From: Pristiophorus japonicus | Lineage: Eukaryota | Assembly: GCF_044704955.1 (NCBI RefSeq) | Contig: NW_027253510.1 | Coordinates: 124,001 to 188,000, forward strand | DNA length: 64,000 bases | Direction: 5' to 3' | Shown: positions 25,941 through 37,859 of the stretch, piece after piece | Layout of the letters: every line of letters begins with the position of its first letter | How positions within the stretch are numbered: the stretch's first letter is position 1 | Notes under the pieces: model-generated | Told to the model about the DNA's origin: nothing | The model's input: the letters and a program-made list of their open reading frames with translations, nothing else | The model's database searches: none | Program-made: the position numbers and the translations under genes

Positions 25941-28900
25941 CCATAGAAACATAGAAACATAGAAAATAGGTGCAGGAGCAGGCCATTCAGCCCTTCTAGC
26001 CTGCACCGCCATTCAATGAGTTCATGGCTGAACATGAAACTTCAGTACCCCCTTCCTGCTTTCTCGCCATAACCCTTGATCCCCCGAGTAGTAAGGACTT
26101 CATCTAACTCCCTTTTGAATATATTTAGTGAATTGGCCTCAACTACTTTCTGTGGTAGAGAATTCCACAGGTTCACCACTCTCTGGGTGAAGAAGTTTCT
26201 CCTCATCTCGGTCCTAAATGGCTTACCCCTTATCCTCAGACTGTGACCTCTGGTTCTGGACTTCCCCAACATTGGGAACATTCTTTCTGCATCTAACCTG
26301 TCTAAACCCGTCAGAATTTTAAACGTTTCTATGAGGTCCCCTCTCATTCTTCTGAACTCCAGTGAATACAATCCCAATTGATCCAATCTTTCTTGATAGG
26401 TCAGTCCCGCCATCCCGGGAATCAGTCTGGTGAACCTTCGCTGCACTCCCTCAATAGCAAGAATGTCCTTCCTCAAGTTAGGAGACCAAAACTGTACACA
26501 ATACTCCAGGTGTGGCCTCACCAAGGCCCTGTACAACTGTAGCAACACCTCCCTGCCCCTGTATTCAAATCCCCTCGCTATGAAGGCCAACATGCCATTT
26601 GCTTTCTTAACCGCCTGCTGTACCTGCATGCCAACCTTCAATGACTGATGTACCATGACACCCAGGTCTCGTTGCACCTTCCCTTTTCCTAATCTGTCAC
26701 CATTCAGATAATAGTCTGTCTCTCTGTTTTTACCACCAAAGTGGATAACCTCACATTTATCCACATTATACTTCATCTGCCATGCATTTGCCCACTCACC
26801 TAACCTATCCAAGTCACTCTGCAGCCTAATAGCATCCTCCTCGCAGCTCACACTGCCACCCAACTTAGTATCATCCGCAAATTTGGAGATACTGCATTTA
26901 ACCCCCTCGTCTAAATCATTAATGTACAATGTAAACAGCTGGGGCCCCAGCACAGAACCTTGCGGCACTCCACTAGTCACTGCCTGCCATTCTGAAAAGT
27001 ACCCGTTTACTCCTACTCTTTGCTTCCTGTCTGACAACCAGTTCTCAATCCACGTCAGCACACTACCCCCAATCCCATGTGCTTTAACTTTGCACATTAA
27101 TCTCTTGTGTGGGACCTTGTCGAAAGCCTTCTGAAAGTCCAAATATACCACATCAACTGGTTCTCCCTTGTCCACTTTACTGGAAACATCCTCAAAAAAT
27201 TCCAGAAGATTTGTCAAGCATGATTTCCCTTTCACAAATCCATGCTGACTTGGACCTATCATGTCACCATTTTCCAGATGCACTGCTATGACATCCTTAA
27301 TAATTGATTCCATCACTTTACCCACTACTGAGGTCAGGCTGACCGGTCTATAATTCCCTGTTTTCTCTCTCCCTCCTTTTTTAAAAAGTGGGGTTACATT
27401 GGCTACCCTCCACTCCATAGGAACTGATCCAGAGTCAATGGAATGTTGGAAAATGACTGTCAATGCATCCGCTATTTCCAAGGCCACCTCCTTAAGTACT
27501 CTAGGATGCAGTCCATCAGGCCCTGGGGATTTATCGGCCTTCAATCCCATCAATTTCCCCAACACAATTTCCCGACTAATAAAGATTTCCCTCAGTTCCT
27601 CTTCCTTACTAGACCCTCTGACCCCTTTTATATCCGGAAGGTTGTTTGTATCCTCCTTAGTGAATACCGAACCAAAGTACTTGTTCAATTGATCCGCCAT
27701 TTCTTTGCTCCCCGTTATGACTTCCCCTGATTCTGACTGCAGGGGACCTACGTTTGTCTTCACCAACCTTTTTCTCTTTACATACCTATAGAAACTTTTG
27801 CAATCCGCCTTAATGTTCCCTGCAAGCTTCTTCTCGTACTCCATTTTCCCTGTCCTAATCAAACCCTTTGTCCTCCTCTGCTGAGTTCTAAATTTCTCCC
27901 AGTCCCCAGGTTCGCTGCTATTTCTGGCCAATTTGTATGCCACTTCCTTGGCTTTAATACTATCCCTGATTTCCCTAGATAGCCACGGTTGAGCCACCTT
28001 CCCCTTTTTATTTTTACGCCAGACAGGAATGTACAATTGTTGTACTTCATCCATGCGGTCTCTAAATGTCTGCCATTGCCCATCCACAGTCAACCCCCTA
28101 AGTATCATTCGCCAATCTATCCTAGCCAATTCACGCCTCATACCTTCAAAGTTACCCTTCTTTAAGTTCTGGACCATGGTCTCTGAAATTACTGTTTCAT
28201 TCTCCATCCTAATGCAGAATTCCACCATATTATGGTCACTCTTCCCCAAGGGGCCTCGCACAATGAGATTGCTAATTAATCCTCTCTCATTACACAACAC
28301 CCAGTCTAAGATGGCCTCCCCCCTAGTTGGTTCCTCAACATATTGGTCTAGAAAACCATCCCTTATGCACTCCAGGAAATCCTCCTCCACCGTATTGCTT
28401 CCAGTTTGGCTAGCCCAATCTATGTGCATATTAAAGTCACCCATTATAACTGCTGCACCTTTATTGCATGCACCCCTAATTTCCTGTTTGATGCCCTCCC
28501 CAACATCCCTATTACTGTTTGGAGGTCTGTACACAACTCCTACTAACGTTTTTTGCCCTTTGGTGTTCTGCAGCTCTACCCATATAGATTCCACATCATC
28601 CAAGCTAATGTCTTTCCTAACTATTGCATTAATCTCCTCTTTAACCAGCAATGCTACCCCACCTCCTTTTCCTTTTATTCTATCCTTCCTGAATGTTGAA
28701 TACCCCTGAATGTTGAGTTCCCAGCCCTGATCATCCTGGAGCCACGTCTCCGTAATCCCAATCACATCATATTTGTTAACATCTATTTGCACAATTAATT
28801 CATCCACCTTATTGCGGATACTCCTTGCATTAAGACACAAAGCCTTCAGGCTTGTTTTATTAACACCCTTTGTCCTTTTAGAATTTTGCTGTACAGTGGC

Positions 28901-30110
28901 CCTTTTTGTTCTTTGCCTTGGGTTTCTCTGCCCTCCACTTTTCCTCATCTCCTTTCTGTCTTTTGCTTTTGGCTCCTTTTTGTTTCCCTCTGTCTCCCTG
29001 CATTGGTTCCCATCCCCCTGCCATATTAGTTTAAATCCTCCCCAACAGCACTAGCAAACACTCCCCCTAGGACATTGGTTCCAGTCCTGCCCAGGTGCAG
29101 ACCGTCCGGTTTGTACTGGTCCCACCTCCCCCAGAACCGGTCCCAATGCCCCAGGAATTTGAATCCCTCCCTGCTGCACCACTGCTCAAGCCACGTATTC
29201 ATCTGCGCTATCCTGCGATTCCTACTCTGACTATCACGTGGCACTGGTAGCAATCCCGAGATTACTACTTTTGAGGTCCTACTTTTTAATTTAGCTCCTA
29301 GCTCCTTAAATTCGTTTCGTAGGACCTCATCCCTTTTTTTGCCTATGTCGTTGGTACCAATGTGCACCACGACAACTGGCTGTTCTCCCTCCCATTTCAG
29401 AATGTCCTGCACCCGCTCCGAGACATCCTTGACCCTTGCACCAGGGAGGCAACATACCATCCTGGAGTCTCGGTTGCGGCTGCAGAAACGCCTATCTATT
29501 CCCCTCACAATTGAATCCCCTATCACTATCGCTCTCCCACTCTTTTTCTTGCCCTCCTGTGCAGCAGAGCCAGCCACGGTGCCATGAACTTGGCTGCTGC
29601 TGCCCTCCCCTGATGAGTCATTCCCCTCAACAGTACCCAAAGCGGTGTATCTGTTTTGCAGGGGGGTGCTCTACTCTTCCTGCTGGTCTTCCATTCCCTA
29701 TCTGGCTGTGGACCCTTTCCCTGCGGTAAGACCAACTCACTACACGTGATACTCACGTCATTCTCAGCATCGTGGATGCTCCAGAGTAAATCCACCCTCA
29801 GCTCCAATTCCGTAACGCGGACCGTCAGGAGCTGGAGGCGGATACACTTCCCGCACACGTAGTCGTCAGGGACACCGGAAGTGTCCCTGAGTTCCCACAT
29901 GGTACAGGAGGAGCATAACACCCGACCGAGCTCTCCTGCCATGTCTTAACCCTTAGATACACTTAAACTGGTAATAACAATGTTAAAAGTTACTGACCAA
30001 TATAAGAAGAAAAAGAAAAACTACTCACCAATCACCAGCCAATCACTTACCCCCTCGGCTGTGACGTCACCTTTGTTTTTTTTGCCTTCTCCCTGCAGCT
30101 GCCGTGAGAA
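25941..30110 (-). mobile_element. Near full-length young CR1 LINE (subfamily A) in the V1-V2 intron
   Basis: (catagaaa)n tail at 25941; intact ORF2; ORF1 split 29026-29640 / 29526-29942; 5' UTR to ~30110. Confidence 0.97.
26042..28948 (-). CDS. CR1 ORF2 (APE endonuclease + reverse transcriptase), uninterrupted 968 aa
   Basis: [51 protein letters not shown] in one frame. Confidence 0.93.
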   Translation of the reverse strand: MRKSGGQRNPRQRTKRATVQQNSKRTKGVNKTSLKALCLNARSIRNKVDELIVQIDVNKYDVIGITETWLQDDQGWELNIQGYSTFRKDRIKGKGGGVALLVKEEINAIVRKDISLDDVESIWVELQNTKGQKTLVGVVYRPPNSNRDVGEGIKQEIRGACNKGAAVIMGDFNMHIDWASQTGSNTVEEDFLECIRDGFLDQYVEEPTRGEAILDWVLCNERGLISNLIVRGPLGKSDHNMVEFCIRMENETVISETMVQNLKKGNFEGMRRELARIDWRMILRGLTVDGQWQTFRDRMDEVQQLYIPVWRKNKKGKVAQPWLSREIRDSIKAKEVAYKLARNSSEPGDWEKFRTQQRRTKGLIRTGKMEYEKKLAGNIKADCKSFYRYVKRKRLVKTNVGPLQSESGEVITGSKEMADQLNKYFGSVFTKEDTNNLPDIKGVRGSSKEEELREIFISREIVLGKLMGLKADKSPGPDGLHPRVLKEVALEIADALTVIFQHSIDSGSVPMEWRVANVTPLFKKGGREKTGNYRPVSLTSVVGKVMESIIKDVIAVHLENGDMIGPSQHGFVKGKSCLTNLLEFFEDVSSKVDKGEPVDVVYLDFQKAFDKVPHKRLMCKVKAHGIGGSVLTWIENWLSDRKQRVGVNGYFSEWQAVTSGVPQGSVLGPQLFTLYINDLDEGVKCSISKFADDTKLGGSVSCEEDAIRLQSDLDRLGEWANAWQMKYNVDKCEVIHFGGKNRETDYYLNGDRLGKGKVQRDLGVMVHQSLKVGMQVQQAVKKANGMLAFIARGFEYRGREVLLQLYRALVRPHLEYCVQFWSPNLRKDILAIEGVQRRFTRLIPGMAGLTYQERLDQLGLYSLEFRRMRGDLIETFKILTGLDRLDAERMFPMLGKSRTRGHSLRIRGKPFRTEMRRNFFTQRVVNLWNSLPQKVVEANSLNIFKRELDEVLTTRGIKGYGEKAGRGY

Positions 30111-30126
30111 ACTCGTCCGTGGGCCC

Positions 30127-31017
30127 GGAATGTACCCAATACACACAGACTGTAGTGGGTCTGGAATGTGTCCAATACACACAGACTGTAGTGGGTCTGG
30201 AATGTACCCAATACACACAGACTGTAGTGGGTCTGGAATGTACCTAATACACACAGACTGTAGTGGGTCTGGAATGTACCCAATACACACAGACTGTAGT
30301 GGGTCTGGAATGTACAATATACACACAGACTGTAGTGGGTCTGGAATGTACCCAATACACACAGACTGTAGTGGGTCTGGAATGTACCCAATACACACAG
30401 ACTGTAGTGGGTCTGGAATGTGTCCAATACACACAGACTGTAGTGGGTCTGGAATGTACCCAGTACACACCGACTGTAGTGGGTCTGGAATGTGTCCAAC
30501 ACACACAGACTGTAGTGGGTCTGCAATGAACCCAATACGCACAGACTGCAGTGGGTCTGGAATGTACCCAATACACACAGACTGTAGTGTGTCTGGAATG
30601 TACCCAATACACGCAGACTGTAGTGGGTCTGCAATGAACCCAATACGCACAGACTGCAGTGGGTCTGGAATGTACCCAATACACACAGACTGTAGTGTGT
30701 CTGGAATGTACCCAATAGACACAGACTGTAGTGGGTCTGGAATGTACCCAGTGCACACAGACTGTAGTGGGTCTGGAATGTACCCAATACACACAGACTG
30801 TTGTGGATCTGGAATGTACCCAATACACACAGACTGCAGTGGGTCTGGAATGTACCCAATACACACAGACTGTAGTGTGTCTGGAATGTGTCCAACACAC
30901 ACAGACTGTAGTGGGTCTGGAATGTACCCAATACACACAGACTGTTTTGGGTCTGGAATGTACCCAATACACACAGACTGCAGTGGGTCTGGAATGTACC
31001 CAATACAAACAGACTGT
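30127..31017. repeat. 36-bp minisatellite (~25 copies)
   Basis: Unit ggaatgtacccaatacacacagactgtagtgggtct. Confidence 0.95.
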
Positions 31018-32744
31018 TGACGGTTTGGGAGGGTGTGACCCAGAGAGAGAACATGGCCAACCTGGTAGGAAGCCTGAGGTCTGTGAACTAACAATTTATG
31101 ATTTAAACAAACACATCGATGTACGACTATAGTGTGACTGTAAAGGAGTAATGTTGGAAGCCTCGCCCACTGGGACAATATATGGAAGGTTCAGCAGATG
31201 CCGCCCACGATTTTCCGACTATCTGGCAGCGAGATTCCTGGCAGAGCTCTGGTCTCCTGAAATTATCTTTTTTGCCTTCTCAAAAAAGTCGATGCAAATA
31301 AATTGTTTCCTCGTGTCCAATGCCAGGTACCACTTCGAAAGGCAAGTGCACACTTTGTATAAGCACCACTTGGAGAAAGGACTGAGGGTAGCAAGGGCAC
31401 AGAATGTACTCTGGCTAGGCAGCTTCAATGTCCATCACCAAGACTCGGGAGTACCAGCACTGACCGAGCTGGCCGAGTCCTGAGGGACATTGCTGCCAGA
31501 CTGGGCTTGTGGCAACTGGTGAGAGGACCAACATGAGGGAATTACTGATCTGGCTCTGTCCTCCCCAAGCTACAACAACTTGTATTTATACAGCGCCTTT
31601 AACATAGTAAAATGTCTCAAGGAGCTTCACAGGAGCGTTATCAGACAACATTTGACACCGAGCCACATGAGGAGATATTAGGGCAGGTGACACATGTTGT
31701 AACTTCTATGTATATCAGAGCCATTGAAGATGTTGCTGGGGCCGAGGGGATTCGCCTATGAATCTAAAACTTTAGAAGCTGAAGGATCCAGAGCAAGAGA
31801 CCCAAGAATATAACAGGTCCAACTGTGTCACAGACTTTCATGTGTGGCAGAAGGGGCAAATGCAGGTCTCCACGGACTTGGCCAACTAGGTGTGCCAGGG
31901 CCAATTCCAAGTGGCTGCCAGGCACCTGAGGTACAAGTCCATCACTCATTCTGCCCCCTCCCTGAACTCCTCTTCCACCTCCAAATCCACAGGAGCCACT
32001 GGCAAGGCCCAGTGAGCCTCCGTGCAGAGCAGTATGGTTAGAGAAGAGATTCACAGCTTGACAGCAACAATACAGTGGCAAAAAGGAAACATCAGAAAAG
32101 AACTATTGCACGGACAACGATGCAGAAACAGCGGTACAGGAGATGGAGGGGAAAAAAACAACTTTCCAAAATCGGTCCCTCTGTCCCAGCTTCGAGTGGA
32201 CATTCTGCGGTGAGCAGCTGGGAAGACCACAAGTGTCCATTATAAACGGGCAAGCAAAAGGCACCAAGTGAGGACACGTGGGGATTCACCATGGGACTGA
32301 GTGACATCTATTTACATATTTCTCAGGGTATAATGAATCCACGCAGGCTTTCAACACAACCTGAAAATATTTCAGATGTCTTCTCCGGCTGCATCTGTTG
32401 CACCCAGACCGCCTGCCCCATCCCGCGCTGCTTGTGCACTTGCTGCGGAGCACCGCCCCTCCAGTCTGACATTGAGTCAGTGTGACAGTGATTTCAGTGG
32501 GAATTAGATCGACATAAAGGCAGCGCAGGTGGAAGACAACAAACACTTGCATTTACAAAGCTCCTTTCACATAATTGTCTCAAAGTGCTTCACAACAATG
32601 GAACTAGGGCGACAGGCACCAAGCCGTCAAGGAAGAAATTGGTACAAGTGTCGGAAATGCTGGTCAAAATGATGGGTTTTTGTAACGGTTTCTAAAGTTG
32701 GAGAGAGAAGTAGAGAGTTGGAGGGTTCATTGAGCAGTCTGCAA

Positions 32745-35700
32745 TAGAAACATAGAAAATAGGTGCAGGAGTAGGCCATTCAGCCCTTCGAGCATGCACC
32801 GCCATTCAATGAGTTCATGGCTGAACATGCAACTTCAGTACCCCATTCCTGCTTTCTCGCCATACCCCTTGATCCCCCTAGTAGTAAGGACTACATCTAA
32901 CTCCTTTTTGAATATATTCAGTGAATTGGCCTCAACAACTTCCTGTGGTAGAGAATTCCACAGGTTCACCACTCCCTGGGTGAAGAAGTTTCTCCTCATC
33001 TCGGTCCTAAATGGCTTACCCCTTATGCTTAGACTGTGACCCCTGGTTCTGGACTTCCCCAACATTCTTGGGAACATTCTTCCTGCATCTAACCTGTCTT
33101 AAACCCGTCAGAATTTTCAATATTTCTACGAGATCCTCTCTCATTATTCTGACCTCCAGTGAATACAAGCCCAGTTGATCCAGTCTTTCTTGATATGTCA
33201 GTCCCGCCATCCCAGGAATCAGTCTGGTGAATCTTCGCTGCACTCCCTCAATAGCAAGAATGTCCTTCCTCAAGTTAGGAGACCAAAACTGTGCACAATA
33301 CTCCAGGTGTGGCCTCACCAAGGCCCTGTATAACTGTAGCAATACCTCCCTGCCCCTGTACTCAAATCCCCTCGCTATGAAGGCCAACATGCCATTTGCT
33401 TTCTTAACCGCCTGCTGTACCTGCATGCCAGCCTTTAATGACTGATGTACCATGACACCCAGGTCTCGTTGCACCTCCCCTTTTCCTAATCTGTCACCAT
33501 TCAAATAATAGTCTGTCTCTCTGTTTTTACCACCAAAGTGGATAACCTCACATTTATCCACTTTATACTTCATCTGCCATGCATTTGCCCGCTTACCGAA
33601 CCTATCCAAGTCACTCTGCAGTCTCATAGCATCCTCCTCGCAGCTCACACTGCCACCCAACTTAGTATCATCCGCAAATTTGGAGATACTACATTTAATC
33701 CCCTTGTCTAAATCATTAATGTACAATGTAAACAGCTGGGGCCCCAGCACAGAACCTTGCGGTACCCCACTAGTCACTGCCTGCCATTCTGAAAAGTACC
33801 CATTTACTCCTACTCTTTGCTTCCTGTCTGACAACCAGTTCTCAATCCATGTCAGCACACTACCCCCAATCCCATGTGCTTTAACTTTGCACACTAATCT
33901 CTTGTGTGGGACTTTCTCGAAAGCCTTCTGAAAGTCCAAATACACCACATTAACTAGTTGTCCACTCTACTGGAAACATCCTCAAAAAATTCCAGAAGAT
34001 TTGTCAAGCATGATTTCCCTTTCACAAATCCATGCTGACTTGGACCTATCATGTCACCTCTTTCCAAATGCGCTGCTATGACATCCTTAATAATTGATTC
34101 CAACAAATTCCCCACTACCGATGTCAGGCTGACCAGTCTATAATTCCCTGTTTTCTCTCTTCCCTCCTTTTTTAAAAAGTGGGGTTACATTGGCTACCCT
34201 CCACTCCATAGGAACTGATCCAGAGTCTATAGAATGTTGGAAAATGACTGTCAATGCATTCACTATTTCCAAGGCCACCTCCTTAAGTATTCTGGGATGC
34301 AGATCATCAGGCCCTGGGGATTTATCGGCCTTCAATCCCATCAGTTTCCCTAACACAATTTCCTGACTAATTAGGATTTCCCTCAGTTCCTCCTTCTTAT
34401 GAGACTCTCTGACCTCTTTTATATCCGGAAGGTTGTTTGTGTCCTCCTTAGTGAATACCGAACCCAAGTACTTGTTCAATTGGTCCGCCATTTCTTTGTT
34501 CCCAGTTATGACTTCCCCTGATTCTGACTGCAGAGGACCTGCGTTTGTCTTTCCTAACCTTTTTCTCTTTACATATCTATAGAAGCTTTTGCAGTCCATT
34601 TTAATGTTCCCTGCAAGCTTCTTCTCGTACTCCATTTTCCCTGCCCTAATCAAACCCTTTGTCCTCCTCTGCTGAGTTCTAAATTTCTCCCAGTCCCCGG
34701 GGTCGCTGCTATTTCTGGTCAATTTGTATGCCACTTCCTTGGCTTTAATACTATCCCTGATTTCCCTTGATAGCCACGGTTGAGCCACCTTCCCTTTTTT
34801 ATTTTTTCACCAGACAGGGATGTACAATTGTTGTAGTTCGTCCATGCGGTCTCTAAATGTCTGCCATTGCCCATCCACTGTCAACCCCTTCAGTATCATT
34901 CGCCAATCTATCCTAGCCAATTCACGCCTCATACCTTCAAAGTTACCCTTCTTTAAGTTCTGGACCATGGTCTCTGAATTAACTGTTTCATTCTCCATCC
35001 TAATGTAGAATTCCACCATGTTATGGTCACTCTTCCCCAAAGGGCCTCGCACAACGAGATTGCTAATTAATCCTCTCTAATTACACAACACCCAGTCTAA
35101 GATGGCCTCCCCCCTAGTTGGTTCCTCGACATATTGGTCTAGAAAACCATTCCTTCTGCACTCCAGGAAATTCTCCTTCACTGTATTGTTTCCAGTTTGC
35201 TTAGCCCAATCTATATGCATATTGAAGTCACGCATGATAACTGCTGCACCTTTATTGCATGCACCCCTAATTTCCTGTTTGATGCCCTCCCCAACATCAC
35301 TACTACTGTTTGGAGGTCTGTACACAACTCCCACTAGCGTTTTCTGCCCCTTGGTATTCCGTAGCTCCGCCCATACCGATTCCACATCATCCAAGCTAAT
35401 GTCTTTCCTTACAATTGCAGTAATTTCCTCTTTAACCAGCAACGTTACCCCGCCTCCTTTTCCTTTCTGTCTATCCTTCCTAAATGTTGAATACCCTTGG
35501 ATGTTGAGTTCCCAGCCTTGGTCATCCTGGAGCCAACCACATCGTATCCGTTAACTGCTATCTGCACAGTTAATTCGTCCACCTAATTCCGAATACTCCT
35601 CACATTGAGGCACAGATCCTTCAGGCTTGCCTTTTTAACCCACTTAGACTCTTTAGAATTTTGCTGTAAAGTGGTCCTTTTTGTTTTTTGCCTTGGGTTT

Positions 35701-36920
35701 CTCTGCCCTCCACTTTTACTCATCTCCTTTCTGTCTTTTGCTTCTGTCTCCATTTTGTTTCCCTTTGTCTCCCTGCATTGTTTCCCATCCCCCTGCCATA
35801 TTAGTTTAACTCCTCCCCAACAGCACTCGCAAACACTCTTCCTGGGACATTGATTCCAGTCCTGCCTAGCTGCAGACCGTCCGGTTTGTACTGGTCCCAC
35901 CTCCCCCAGAACCGGTTCCAATGCCCCAGGAATTTGAATCCCTCCCTGCTGCACCACTGCTCAAGCCACGTATTCATCTGAGCTATCCTGCGATTCCTAC
36001 TCTGACTAGCACGTGGCACTGGTAGCAATCCCGCGATTACTACTTTTGAGGTCCTACTTTTTAATTTAGCTCCTAGCTCCTTAAATTCGTCTCGTCGGAC
36101 CTCATCCCTATTTTTACCTATATCGTTGGTCCCAATGTGCACCACGACAACTGGCTGTTCGCCCTCCCTTTTCAGAATGTTCTGCACCCGCTCCGAGACA
36201 TCCTTGACCCTTGCACCAGTGAGGCAACATATCATCCTGGAGTCTCGCTTGCAGCCGCAGAAACGCCTATCTATTCCCCTTACAATTGAATCCCCTATCA
36301 CTATCGCTCTCCCAATCTTTTTCCTGCTCTTCTATGCAGCAGAGCCAGCCACGGTGCCATGAACTTGGCTGCTGCTGCCCTCCCCTGATAAGTCTTCCCC
36401 GTCAACAGTACTCAAAGCGATGTATCTGTTTTGCAGGGGGATGACCGCAGGGGATCCCTGCACTACCTTCCTTGCACTGCTCTTCCTGCTGGTCTTCCAT
36501 TCCCTATATGTCTGTGGACCCTTTACCTGCGGTAAGACCAACTCACTAAATGTGCTATTCACGTCATTCTCAGCATCGTGGATGCTCCAGAGTGAATCCA
36601 CCCTCAGCTCCAATTCTGCAACGCGGTCCGTCAGGAGCTGGAGGCGGATACACTTCCCGCACACGTAGTCGTCAGGGACACGGGAAGTGTTCCTGAGTTT
36701 CCACATAGTACAAGAGGAGCATATCACGTGTCCGAGCTCTCCTACCATGACTAAACCCTTAGATTAACTTAAATTGGCAACAACAATGCTAAAAGTTACT
36801 CACTGATCTCGAAGAGAAAAAAGAAAAACTACTTACCAGTCACCAGCCAATCACTTACCCCCTTGGCGGTGACGTCACCTTTCTATTTCTTACTTCTTTT
36901 TTGCTCTCTCCCTGTAGCTG
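32745..36920 (-). mobile_element. Full-length degenerate CR1 LINE (subfamily A)
   Basis: ORF1 35801-36748 (Cys-rich + GDSIVRG), ORF2 fragments 32835-35700, catagaaa tail at ~32745. Confidence 0.95.
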
Positions 36921-36927
36921 CACAAGC

Positions 36928-37856
36928 CTCTCGCAGACACTGCCCGACTCCTTGTCTCATGGCCTTTTGTAGGTCTCTCCACATACCCCGGACTGTCTCC
37001 TCTCGCAGACACTGCCCGACTCCTTGTCTCGCGGCCTTTTGTAGGTCTCTCCACACACCCCGGACTGTCTCCTCTCGCAGACACTGTCTGACTCCTTGTC
37101 TCATGGCCTTTTGTAGGTCTCCACACACCCCGGACTGTCTCCTCTCGCAGACACTGCCCGACTCCTTGTCTCACAGCCTTTTGTAGGCCTCCACACACCT
37201 CGGACTGTCGCCTCTCGCAGACACTGTCCGACTCCTTGTCTCGCGGCCTTTTGTAGGTCTCTCCACACACCCCGGACTGTCTCCTCTCGCAGACACTGCC
37301 CGACTCCTTGTCTCATGGCCTTTTGTAGGCCTCCACACACCCCGGACTGTCTCCTCTCGCAGACACTGCCCGACTCCTTGTCTCATGGCCTTTTGTAGGT
37401 CTCTCCACACACCCCGGACTGTCTCCTCTCGCAGACACTGCCCGACTCCTTGTCTCATGGCCTTTTGTAGGCCTCCACACACCCCGGACTGTCTCCTCTC
37501 GCAGACACTGTCCGACTCCTTGTCTCATGGCCTTTTGTAGGTCTCTCCACACACCCCGGACTGTCTCCTCTCGCAGACTCAGTCCAACTCCTTGTCTCGC
37601 GGCCTTTTGTAGGCCTCCACACACCGCGGACTGTCTCCTCTCGCAGACACTGTCTGACTCCTTGTCTTGCGGCCTTTTGTAGGCCCCCACGCACCGCGGA
37701 CTGTCTCCTCTCGCAGACACTGCCCGACTCCTTGTCTCATGGCCTTTTGTAGGCCTCCACGCACCCCGGACTGTCTCCTCTCGCAGACACTGTCTGACTC
37801 CTTGTCTTGCGGCCTTTTGTAGGTCTCTCCACACACCCCGGACTGTCGCCTCTCGC
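36928..37856 (-). repeat. ~60-62-bp tandem monomer array (~15 copies) at the CR1 5' end
   Basis: Unit ctcgcagacactgcccgactccttgtctcatggccttttgtaggcctccacacaccccggactgtctcct. Confidence 0.92.
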
Positions 37857-37859
37857 CGA

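Noticed and set aside
29980-31178. Long Cys-rich repetitive ORFs (GMYPIHTDCSGS)n on both strands
   Set aside because: Produced by a 36-bp minisatellite that is stop-free in several frames; no splice or domain context.
31760-32520. Unique-looking stretch in the V1-V2 intron as a hidden C1 or other exon
   Set aside because: No Ig Cys/Trp spacing and no phase-compatible open exon found by eye; probably decayed repeat.
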